Source: Azolla caroliniana (taxonomy: Eukaryota > Plantae > Polypodiophyta). Taken from it: a stretch of 64,000 nucleotides of DNA. The notes under the pieces are model-generated. The model made no database searches, was not told the DNA's origin, and saw only the letters and a list, made by a program, of their open reading frames with translations. Positions 1-10,688 of the stretch are shown piece by piece. The position numbers and the translations under genes were made by a program. Position 1 is the first letter of the stretch. The number at the start of each line of letters is the position of its first letter. The stretch is from assembly GCA_043228905.1 (NCBI GenBank), contig JBHGNT010000001.1:28272001-28336000 (forward strand). The letters are read 5' to 3'.

Positions 1-225
1 ATAAAGGGCAGCTGCCCTAAGTCGGTCACTATATATAGTGACCTTGTAACCTTTTTGTAAGGTTGGATGTTGTATTATTGCTTTATGAAATAAGAAGTTC
101 TTTTGTGCCTCTTTCTCTCTCTCTCTCTCTCTCTCTGTGCAACGACATACAAACTGTCATACGCAGGCATTCCTCACAGCAATCGAATGCTACTTGATTC
201 CGCACAGACGACATTATCTCCAACA
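1..225 (+). mobile_element. 3' part of an LTR (copia-type) inserted into the RT of another copia element
   Basis: Ends ...TCTCCAACA at 225 and joins directly to the PRQWY codons of a copia RT. Shares motifs (gcagctgccctaagt..tca.tatata..tgac.ttgtaa; ttccgcac.agac..ccaaca) with the reverse complement of the LTRs at 43693-43999 and 47981-48289. Confidence 0.7.
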
Positions 226-1326
226 CCCCGGCAATGGTACCGGAAGTTCGACTCCTTCATGACCGATCAAGGGTACCACAAGACGCAGGCCGATCACTGC
301 GTGTTTGTGAAGAAGTTCGAAGGAGGGGACTTCCTGATACTCCTCCTGTACGTGGATGACATGTTGATCGTCGGACGAGACCAAGGCAAAATACGGATGC
401 TGAAGAAGGCTCTCAACCGAACCTTCTCAATGAAAGACTTGGGTCCGGCAAGACAGATGTTGGGGATGCACATCATTCGGGACCTGTCAGTGAAGCAATT
501 ATGGCTGTCACAGGAGAAGTATGTGACAAAGGTGCTTCACCGGTTCAACATGTCAGAAGCAAAACCGGTCGGATCGACACTTCTGGCAAACTGCAAGTTG
601 TCCGGTAACCAAAGCCCGAAGACGAAAGCAGAGAAGGCGGATATGATGAAGATTCCATATGCCTCTGCCGTCGGGAGCTTGATGTACGCAATGTTTTGTA
701 CCCGACCGGACATAGGATACGCAGTCGGAATGGTGAGCCTGTTTATGAGCAATCCCGGCAAGGAGCACTGGAACGCGGTCAAATGGATACTCCGGTATTT
801 GAAGGGCACTTCAAATATGTGTCTCCGATTCGGCTCCGGAAAACCTCAACTGGACGGTTTCACCGATTCGGACATGTCGGCTGATGTGGATACCAGCCGG
901 TCTACATCCGGGTATGTAATGACATATGCAGGGGGAGCTGTTTCGTGGCAGTCGAGGTTGCAGAAGACGGTTGCATTGTCAACCACGGAGGCGGAGTACA
1001 TGGCGGTTGTGGAAGCCGGCAAGGAAATTTTATGGATGAAGGACTTCATCGGAGAGCTCGGTATACGGCAAGAGGAATACCGACTCTATTGCGACAGTCA
1101 AAGTGCCATCCACCTTGCTAAGAATGCGGCCTACCATTCCCGGACGAAGCATATCCAGCGGAGGTATCACTGGATCCGGGAAAGAGTAGATGACCAGGAG
1201 TTCGCACTGACGAAGATCCACACGGCCGAGAACGGGTCAGATATGCTGACCAAAGTGCTGACACCCGACAAGCTGGACGCATGCCGGAAGAGGAGCGGAC
1301 TGGTAAGACACCCCATGCCAGAGTGA
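226..1326 (+). mobile_element. Ty1/copia pol 3' half (RT C-terminus + RNase H), open reading frame
   Basis: PRQWY, LLYVDDML, KDLG, YASAVGSLMY, TRPDI, DSD, STTEAEY, CDSQSAI, HSRTKHI, DMLTK. Purine-rich PPT GAGTGAAGGGGGA at 1321-1333. Confidence 0.95.
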
Positions 1327-1336
1327 AGGGGGATTT

Positions 1337-1916
1337 TGTTGGGAGACAGGTCTCTCCCGATGGGAAGGGAGAAGAACGGTGCCGATGAACTGGATGAGGA
1401 GTACCCGGCTACGGAGAGCCGGATGGTGCAGGCCCGGTGTGAACCGGAGGAAGAGACATATTCGTAAATATGTTTCTGAGAACCCATCGAGGCTATATTT
1501 GTAAATAGCCGAAAAGTCATATAAGTATAAATATGACTTAGGGCAAACTTTTTAGGTTTGTTGTCATTTTTCTTGTTGGTGCAAGAAGAAGAGAGAGCAC
1601 GTAACAGTGTACAGAGAGAGAGAGAGAGAGAGAGAGAAAGAGGTCGTTGCCTCTGTTGTAACCGCCGCCTGTGGCGAAGATCGTGAGCACGAGGTCGTTG
1701 CCTTTGTGAACTCACTGTTTTGTACATTCTTACATAGTGATAGTTTGCAGCCTGTGGGCTGCCGTGGTTTTTCCCTCTTTGGGTTTTCCACGTAAACATT
1801 CTGTGTACCCTTTTTCTCTCCTTTGTGTCGCGTGTTTTCGTTTCCTGTTTCCTGTGTATGAAAAGAAGCTCGGTTGTGGCCGAGCGTTGTGTATAAGGAG
1901 TGTTGAGTTCCCTTCA
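1337..1916 (+). mobile_element. 3' LTR of the copia element
   Basis: Starts TGTTGGGAG just after the PPT and ends TTCCCTTCA. The next base begins the reverse complement of gypsy integrase codons (TSPYHPQTNGLTE). Confidence 0.8.
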
Positions 1917-4900
1917 CTCCGTCAATCCATTCGTCTGCGGATGGTAGGGTGACGTGAATAATTGTTGGATTCCTAATTATGTAGAAACTAGGCGTAGGAG
2001 CTCGTTGTTGAACTGGGGTCCTCGATTAGACAAGATTTGGAGTGGGCACCCATGGGGGAAGATGATTTTCTCCAATAGTTTGGAGGCGATGGTCATAGCC
2101 TTGGCATCTGGGATAGTGGCCGTCTCAGCCCAACGCGTCAAGTACTCGGTTATGACGAGGATGAATTTGTTCCCTTCTTGTGACTCGGGAAAGGGGCCCA
2201 TAATGTCCCATCCGACAATTTCAAATGGAGCTTGAACTTGTATCGGATGTAAGAGGCCTTGAGCCACTTGAGGTGATTTGATTGCCTGGCATAAGTTGCA
2301 TGCTTTGATGTAGGAGGCGACCTCGTGGCGTAGCCTCGGCCAATAGAATTTGCAACGGATTTTGTCTAGCACCTTATGAAAACCCAAGTGGCCGGACAAC
2401 GGGTGATCATGGTAGAAACGAAGGTAAGACAGGCGCAGTTGCTCAGGCACGTAGACCCGGGGTTCCTTGCCTACTTGGAAAAAACGCAAGACATTATCCT
2501 GGATCATGAATTGCTTGGTGAGGGATGATGTGGGCTCGGCTCGTAGGCGGTGGTAGATGTCTTGGATTTTTTTTGTCGTGTTGTTGCATGCTGGCTATTT
2601 GGGACGAAGATATGGGGAAATTGATTGTGTCAGAGGCGACCTGGTTCACCTGAAAGGATATGTGGGATAATCCATCGGCGACGATGTTTTGGGAACCACT
2701 GCGATAGCGCAATGTGAATGTGTAATCCTGTAGCGCCAAAGCCCAACGAAGTAAGCGATCGGGTGGATGAGCCTTCTTTATGAGGGAGAGCAATGGCTGA
2801 TGGTCGGTTTCGACTGATGTATTTGATCCGTGTAGGTATGGGTGGAAACGATGGAATGCCCAGACGATGACGAGCAACTCTTTTTCGATTGTCGAGTAAT
2901 TTAGTTCGGCTTTGGTAAGTGACCGACTTATGTAGGCAATCAGGCGTAGTTGGTCATTGTCGTCGGATTGGAGCAGGACCGCACCAAGGCCGACACTGGA
3001 GGCATCCGTTTGCAGATGGAAAGGCTTCTTGAAATCAGGGTGGGCGAGGAGGTCAAAGGCTTGGAGTGTTCGCTTGAGCTGCAGGAAGCTGGATTCGCAG
3101 GCTTCGGTCCATAGGAAGGGTGTGTCTTTTTGCAGGAGCATGCATAGTGGGGCTGACAGGTCGGCTAGCCGTGGGATGAAGCGGAGAGAGAACGTGAGGA
3201 GGCCGAGGAAGCGTTGAAGCTGCTTGACTGTGGTAGGGCATGGGAATTTTTGGACTGCTTTCGTCTTCTCTGGGTCCATCTGTACTCCATCGGAGGAGAT
3301 GACGTACCCGAGGAAGCGGAGGCGCGTACTACCCCATCGACACTTCTTCCATTGCAGCTGCAATCGATAGCGTTGAACAAATGTGAGAACCTCTCGAAGG
3401 ACTTCAAGGTGTTCCACCCAAGTGCTTGTATGTATCAGAATATCGTCTAGATAGACGATGACGACGCGACGGGTGATGAGATCATCGAAGATGGCGTTAA
3501 GCCATTCGCTGGAATGTGCTCCCAACATCAGATAGGCCGAAGGGCATCCGTGTGAACTGAAAAATGCCTTTCCTAGTGCGGAATGCAGTTTTGTGGGCAT
3601 CTTTAGGATTCATAGGGATCTGCCAATATCCTGAGGCCAGATCGAGGGAGGTGAAGTACTTTGATTTGCCGAGCTGGTCAAGGAGGTGGTCGATACGAGG
3701 GAGAGGATATCGGTCATGGGTGGTGACATGGTTTAGTTGTCAGAAGTCGACACAAAAACGGTAAGAGCCATCCCCTTTCTTTACCATGTGTGGCTCCGAG
3801 ATCCACTCGCTCTTAGAAGGTGTGATAATCCCTTGTTGTAGCATAGTTTTGACGGCGTTGTCGATGCGCTCGTGATCGAGAGGCGAGCGACGTCGAGGAG
3901 CTGCGTGGATGGGGCGGGCGTTGCCTATAGGAATCATGTGGTGGATCGGAAAACGGACCGAGGGAGGTTTTGCAGGTGGTGTAGACAACGAGGGAAAGGT
4001 GGCTAGGAGCCGTCAGATGTCGTGGATGCGCTCTGTCGGTGATACCAGGTATCTCGCGAAGTAGTGAAGAGCGCGATCGGAAGGTGATTGGGGAGGATGA
4101 GTTGTTGTGAGGAGAAATCGAGACAGGCTCGACTATGGAGGAACCAATCACAGCCCAGGGTGATTGGGAACAACTGGCGCGGGAGGACATAGAAACGACG
4201 TTGGATCTGGGCGGAACTGATGGTGAGCATGCACATGACTTGCGTATGTGAGTGGTACACCCGTTGTTGGTCGCCGAAGAGGATTTTAATGGGCAGTGCG
4301 TGGCTCGTGGGAAGTTGTAATTGGGTGACTAAATCTGCGTTGATGGAAGAGATGCTACTGCCGGAGTCGAGGAGAACTTCTTGGGTCGTGTGTTGGAGGC
4401 GAGCGATTGTGGTACAAACGGGCGAAGTTGATGACGTGGAGGTGTGGACATGCGGGGTTGGCTCGATCGTGGTATAAACGGGAGAAGTTGATGAAGTGGA
4501 GGTGTGGACATGCGGGGGTGGCTCAATCGTGGGAGAAATAGGAGAAGTTGATGACGTGGAGGTGTGGACGTGCGGGGGCGGCTCTCCCTGCGGCACCCCG
4601 CGCATTAGTTTTCCAGGAGCTCAGAGAGGGAGGCAACGTCGGCTAATTGGACGTTCTACTTCTGTTGGTGATTTTGCCACTTTCGGCAATGACGCTGAAT
4701 GTGGCCATAGTTGTTGCAGTAGAAACATTTGGGGCGTCCCTGGCTATCTCGTTCGGGCAATGCACGCTTGGCACGTAATTGCGCGTTTTGGACGTCGATG
4801 TCCATGGGAGTGGCGACTGGCATAATGTTTGTATGATCGTGATTGAGATTACCTAGTGTGTGCATGTCGTGTGCGTCTGTAGCTTTGATGCGTTGGGCGG

Positions 4901-5175
4901 TGAGGATGGCTTCGTCTAGTGTCGTCGGGCCTTTATCGCGTACACGGCAGCGGAGGTCATGTCGGATACGCGGCCAGAAGAAAAACAACTTCATGTCTTC
5001 CGACATGTTGGCATCAGCCCGACGTAGGATCTGCACAAACCGAACCACGAACTGGGTGATGGGTTCGCGTGGTTGTTGGGCAATTGACTCGAGTTGTTGT
5101 AGGGCCGTCTGGCGGGAGTTTTGATGAGCAAAATTCCGAATCATGGCTGCCCATAACAGATCCCAATCGTTGCGT
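1917..5175 (-). mobile_element. Ty3/gypsy retrotransposon internal region (gag C-terminus, protease, RT, RNase H, integrase), degenerate and interrupted at both ends by other elements
   Basis: Gag knuckle CFYCNNYGHIQRHC; protease LLDSGS; RT YRFCVDF and VYLDDILI; RNase H LQTDAS, EKEL, TDHQPL; integrase HDHPLSGH..CNLCQ, WDIMGP, PYHPQTNGLTE. Several stops and frameshifts. Confidence 0.93.
4404..4583 (-). repeat. 3 x 60-bp tandem repeat coding PPHVHTSTSSTSPxxxTIE(P) ahead of the gypsy protease
   Basis: gaagttgatga[c/a]gtggaggtgtggac[a/g]tgcgggg recurs at 60-bp spacing, in frame within ORF 4003..4605. Confidence 0.9.
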
Positions 5176-5427
5176 TGTCGTGAAGAATTTCGGCCAGAGG
5201 CGGAAACCGGGAAATATTGGCTACATCGGAGGGGTGCACCATGTGCACTCACCCTCGTATAATTGTGTGAATAATAGGAGTTAAGTTGGGACGAACGATC
5301 CCATGTAAATCGAGATTTATCCCACATTCTAACGCATCCCTCTCCTTGTTCTATAAAAGGAAGGGATGGTCCCTTGTAGAAGGGTTGCCCATTTTGTATT
5401 AGTAGGGTATACCGTTAGATGGAGAGA

Positions 5428-5465
<38 letters not shown>

Positions 5466-5919
5466 TTAGGGTTTCTTCTTCTTGCTCTCCTCTGCTTCTT
5501 CTTCGTCCTTCTGTGCGTCGAGCCTTGGCATCTAGCGTTCCGATTTTTTGCCTTGTACTCTGTGCAAGACCCCGCTTGGCGTGACAAGCCCGAGATCTCC
5601 CCGATCGGCAGCTTGGCAGTAGACAACAGTTGTATCTTATGCGACCTAGGTCCGGCTCGAAGTCGGTGTTGAATCTCATTGTCTTGTAAATACATATACA
5701 TTTCGTTGTGCATATTCGTGTCTCTGATGGTGTGCGTGTGTGCGAGAGTCAATGTTGCGTGCCTGCTCTCTCTCTCTCTATCCCTTCGGTTGCTTCTGGT
5801 GTGCTTCTGGGATGCCCCGGAAATGGTGAAGCACGACTTCCTATGCTCCGTCACTCCCTAGTCCAAGACCCCCATGGTCCCGCCCTTCTACACGCACGCG
5901 CGTAATAACGCGACATCTT

Positions 5920-5937
5920 TGGTGAACCTGACGTGAA
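5920..5937 (+). promoter_or_regulatory. Primer-binding site complementary to tRNA-Trp
   Basis: TGGTGAACCTGACGTGAA lies 4 nt after the LTR end. It matches the complement of the plant cytosolic tRNA-Trp 3' end (TGGTGAACCCGACGTGAA, recalled from memory) with one mismatch. Confidence 0.75.
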
Positions 5938-5952
5938 AGGCGGCAAGGGAGG

Positions 5953-6564
5953 ATGGAGTCGGAAGACGACGACCTCGGGGAGATGGTGGCCGAAGTGGTG
6001 TTGGAGTCTGCACGAGTGGTGATGAGGCGAGAAGCAGCGCAACAAGCGGTTGAGCGAGTGGTCGAAAGAGTCAGTCGTTTCAACGAGGACAAAGTCCCAT
6101 CTTACTTGGAAGCCTACAACGCGGAAATGGAGGAGCGAGACGTGGACGAAGCGTTGAGGCTGGAGTTCTTCTGTTGGGTTGTCACCGTCCGTATGCACGT
6201 AGAAGTGAAGGAGCTTCGAGAAGCTCATAGTTCGTGGGAGGCCTTTGAAGAGGCACTTCTACAGGCATATGGAGGACGGCGGAAGAGCCGGGGACGGCAC
6301 GACTTCGACCAGTGGGTAGCATCGGCAAAGACCCACCGGGGCGCAACGAAGGCGTTCCGAGAGTTCGAGCGACGGCTTGCTCGGCTCCCGGAGCGGGAAC
6401 AAGGTTTGGTGGGGGCGGACAAAGTCCTATTGTTCGTCAGGTCGATCGACCGAGCGGAACGGGAGGCCATCGGGATTGAGCTCGAAGAAGATGACGGAGC
6501 GAATGGGCTTACGGAGGACTGGTCGAAGGTCGGAAGGGTGTGCCAACGGCTAGACAATGAGTGA
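5953..6564 (+). CDS. Gag-like (capsid-like) protein of the non-autonomous element, 203 aa, probably truncated by a stop
   Basis: First ORF after the PBS; RFNEDKVPSYLEAY..RLEFF..SWEAFEEALLQAY pattern typical of retrotransposon gag. Confidence 0.65.
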   Translation: MESEDDDLGEMVAEVVLESARVVMRREAAQQAVERVVERVSRFNEDKVPSYLEAYNAEMEERDVDEALRLEFFCWVVTVRMHVEVKELREAHSSWEAFEEALLQAYGGRRKSRGRHDFDQWVASAKTHRGATKAFREFERRLARLPEREQGLVGADKVLLFVRSIDRAEREAIGIELEEDDGANGLTEDWSKVGRVCQRLDNE

Positions 6565-7035
6565 ACCGAGAAGGCTAAGAGGAAGGGGCGCGACGGTGTG
6601 CCATCATAGCGGGAAGAGGCCGAACGACAAAGAGAGTCAGCAAGGGTCGGCGTTGGGGCTAGGATTGCGAAGGCGTACGCGGCTCTCGAGGCGATGCTCA
6701 AGGAAGAGGAAACACCGAGGCCGCTAGCCGAGACCAAGGAGACGGACTTGCCCCGCGCGACGACGGAAGATTGGTACGACGGTGCCACGGGAGAGGGTGC
6801 GAAACAAAACGCCCTCTCGACATGCGGAGATAGAACGGCTGAGGACGAGCCCGAGATACCGATCGTGGAATCGGAATGAAAGGACCAGCGGTTTCGGGCA
6901 TGTCAGCCCAAAATCCCGTTCAGGAGAGAAGCAAGCCCAGGCGGGGCTTGCGCAATCGGTAAGGAGACGACCGCCGACCACGAAGGGTCGGTGGCTACGG
7001 ACAAGGGCGTAAAACGGACGGGCGATTCCTCGTGT

Positions 7036-9770
7036 CTTCCCACACTTGCTCCCGAGACTATGGCAGTCGGGCCCGAGTGCCCACGTAAGTCCCAAGAGGA
7101 GGAAGGCGGCGGCGAGAAACCGAGAATCACTAGCGAGACGATACGGGGAAGGATGGACGAAAGCCCTCGGACCCGATTCCGGAGAACTCGGCGTTCGGGC
7201 CCTTATGCCCATATGAGACCGAGGAGATGGATGACGGTATCGGGGAGTCCTGGCACGATGCCAACGAAGATGGATGGGAGATGGCCCGCGAAAAGGTCGA
7301 AGAAGAGACCAAGAAACGGCCCGACCGGGGACCGAACCACGCGACGCTCTGATACGGGTGGAGCGTAATCCGGTCGTGGATTGTTCGATCGGTGCCGGAT
7401 TCGGGAGAGGGTGTGGGACGAGCCGCCCTCTTTTACATGGGGAGAAAGACCGACCGGGCGAAGGTCAGGAATTGGAAGGAGGGTGATCAAAGGTTTGGAA
7501 CGAGTCTGGCAAGGTCGGCGTCGGAGCCGAAACTCCGAACATTGGAGAATCAAGCTCAGGTGGGGCTTGATTGGTCACAGAGCGGATGCTATCCACCGAC
7601 ACCACTAAAAGGGGCGGTGGCCCGGACGAGTTGCCGAAAGACGTTGAGAAATCAGTTATGCCACATCCTATCCGGAGACTCCGGCTGTTCGGCCGACGGG
7701 GCAACGTAAGACCGAAAGAGATGGAAGATTGAGGCGGGAACGCAGCAAGGAGAGCGACGACGAGTTCGGGAGAAGTACAGGGGATGAAGAGGAGAACGAA
7801 GACCGGTCCCATGAGACCTTCACACCGATCCGGTTGTCGGCCCGAGTGCCAGCGTGAGTCCTATAGGAGAGGTCGGTGGCGATAGGAGAACGGGACCCGG
7901 CAATCCGGAGAATGACGAACGGACCCGGACGAGAACCGGGCGGAGCGAACTCCCGGATAACCACTCCGGGAGGAAGGAAGAGAGCAGGCCTACGAAGAGG
8001 CCGAGAACACGGTACGTCAGTACCACGGGAGAGGGTGTGGTGCGAGCCACCCTCTCGGCTTACGAAGGAAGGAAGACCCAGGATAAGGGTCAGAGATACA
8101 ACGAGCCCGAGGAGGATCCTTCACACCGGATCCGGAGACTCCGGCGGTTGGCCCAAGAGCCGGCATGAGACCTAGAGTGACGATCGGTGGCGACGAGGAG
8201 ACGAAGGCAAAGAATTGCGGGGGCGGCTTTGCGAAGATCGTCACACCGATCAGGCTATCGGCCCGAGTGCCGGCGTGAGTCCTATAGGAAAGGACGGTGG
8301 CGGCAGGTGAACACGACCAGCCGAAGAAGCCGATGCGGAGGACGGGGGAGACAAGCGGCAGTGTCGCGACCTTATACACACCGGCGCTAGAGGCTCCGGC
8401 GGTTGGCCCGAGTGCCGGCGTGAGGCCTAGAGCGACGAGCGGTGGCGGCGGCAAGGCGGGCAAACCAAGGTCCCACGAAGATTCTCACATCGATCCGGCT
8501 GTCAGCCCGAGTGCCGGTGTGAGACCTAGAGGAGATCTCGGTGGCGGCAGGTGAACGTGATCGGACAACGGAAGCAGAGAAAGAAGGTATCAGGACGGCG
8601 AAGCGGCTACAAACCGAATTGGACCTACCGGCAAGGTCAGTGGGCATAAGGAAGTCCGGTCCTACGGGATCCCCACACCGAACCAGAGACTCCGGCAGTT
8701 CGGCCAACGTGGCAACATGAGACCGAGAGAGAAGGTTGGTGGCGGCGGGAAACGGGACCCGACAACACGAAAACGAGACTCGACTACGCGGAAGACACGA
8801 GGAGAGTCTGGGAGGGACTCAAACAAAAGACACCCGAATTTCGGCAAGCAACGAAATGAAGACCGATCCTATGGGACCCTCACACCGATCCGGAGACCCC
8901 GGCAGTTCGGCCAACGTGGCAACGTGAGACCTAGGGAGAAGGACGATGGCGGCAGGGAACGGGACCCGACAACACGAGATAGCGGATCGGGAGTTGATAA
9001 GACGGGGGCGGACGAAGTGCAAAACCCTTACCGACCGATTACAGTTTCGGAAGGAGCTGGCAAGGGCAAACACGAGGAGGTGTGTCGGGCCGGAAAGGCA
9101 CACCTGGGGAGGAACAAGAGTCTCGCAAGTGGCCATCGCGGGCCGGATCGAAGCGTGACTACGGGACCATGTTCGGCACGGGCGGTGCCAAACAAAGGAA
9201 GCTGAAGACGACACAAGGGAGGTGACGGGTGCATAGTGGGCTGCACAGGGTTGGAGTCAAGGGATGACAAGGGAGTTCGGAGGAGGACCCTCCACACTCG
9301 CTTCGTAGATCTCGGCAGCTCAGTCAGAGCAACGAAGACTGTCACAACAAGCCCAGGATGACAAGTTGGTGGGGGCGAGGGGACGATGGCAAGCGAAAAA
9401 CTCAGGACCTGTAGCAGCAGCGCAAGACGGAAATGGCCAAGCGGGCTACTACGGGGTGTTCCTCGGATGTAGAGGGCACCGGTGTGCAGATGAGCGGCGA
9501 TGCACGATCTGGCCGGGAAAGGGGCCGACAAGGCGTGCAAAGAACCGGAGTGCGGCACAGGCAGTGCCAAACAACGGACGAGGATATGCGGCACATGGAG
9601 GTGTCGGAGCGGAAAGGCGAGCGCGCAGACAGGTTGCGCGGTTCGGAGGTCACGCGTAGAAGACCAGAGAAGGATCCTCCACACCGTTCCGAAGACCTTG
9701 GCGGTCCGTGCCGACGTGGCGACGTAAGACCAAGGAGAAGGAAGGTGGCGGCGAGGGGACGAAGGCAGTG
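7036..9770 (+). repeat. Dispersed/tandem array of about 10-12 diverged ~80-100 bp units inside the gag-only element
   Basis: Core cacaccgatccgg..(gactccggc)..ggccc/ggcca..gtg[c/g]c..cgtgagacct/gtcct..ggtggcggc recurs near 7040, 7660, 7820, 8120, 8243, 8376, 8486, 8674, 8881, 9293 and 9680. Confidence 0.8.
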
Positions 9771-10360
9771 GGGAACAACGTGGGACGACGACCAAGACCA
9801 CGCGAATGGTCGACGGAGGCCAGGCGGGCCACTACGGGCGTTCCTCAAGCAGAGGACATCGGACATACGGCGGAGAGCGGAGCGTGCATACGGCCAAACA
9901 AGGGCTAGCGGAAGTACGCATACTACGGAGATCGCAGCGAAGGACCCATCGACGAGTCGAACGAGCCTACGGGGAGGTAAGCGCGAAGGAAGAACCGAAG
10001 CCGACGATTCAAACTGGCAGCGAGCCAGGATGCGGATTACGGAAGACCGGTTTCTCACCGGCCGAAATCTCTCACCCTTCACCGGATTTGGCACATACCG
10101 GTGGACGTGCGGTTAGGTGGGGGCGGATGTTGTGAAGAATTTCGGCCAGAGGTGAAAACCGGGAAATATTGGCTACATGGGCGGGGTGCACCATGTGCAC
10201 TCACCCTCGTATAATTGAGTGAATAATAGGAGTTAAGTCGGGATGAAGGATCCCATGTAAATCGGGATTTATCCCACATTGAGGAAGGGATGGTCCCTTG
10301 TAGAAGGGTTGCCCATTTTGTATTAGTAGGGTATACCGTTAGATGGAGAGACGTTCTCTC

Positions 10361-10427
<67 letters not shown>

Positions 10428-10688
10428 TTAGGGTTTCTTCTTCTTGCTCTCCTCTGCTTCTTCTTCATCCTTCTGTGCGTCGAGCCTTGGCATATAGCGT
10501 TCCGGTTTTTTGCCTTGTACTATGTGCAAGACCCCGCTCGGCGCGACAAGCCCGAGAGCTCCCCGATCGGCGGCTTGGCAGTAGACAACGGCTGTATCTT
10601 ATGTGACCTAGGTCTGGCTCGAAGTCGGTGTTGAATCTCATTGTCTTGTAAATACATATACATTTCGTTGTGCATATTCGTGTCTCTG

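Larger units (their letters stand above)
5176..10688 (+). mobile_element. Non-autonomous gag-only LTR retrotransposon (TR-GAG/LARD-like, gypsy-related) with a truncated 3' LTR
   Basis: 5' LTR 5176-5915 (TGTCGTG...CGACA), PBS 5920-5937, gag-like ORF 5953-6564, GC-rich repeat-filled interior with no RT/INT motifs, PPT AGGTGGGGGCGGA 10115-10127. 3' LTR starts at 10128 and matches the 5' LTR until 10688. Confidence 0.85.

Noticed and set aside
103-225. N-terminal 41 aa of the 407-aa ORF looking like a signal peptide on an RT
   Set aside because: It is read-through of a (CT)n-containing LTR inserted in frame with the copia RT, from a non-ATG start.
6600-10120. Many overlapping 60-260 aa ORFs on both strands
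   Set aside because: Expected in GC-rich, stop-poor repeat sequence; no recognisable domains.
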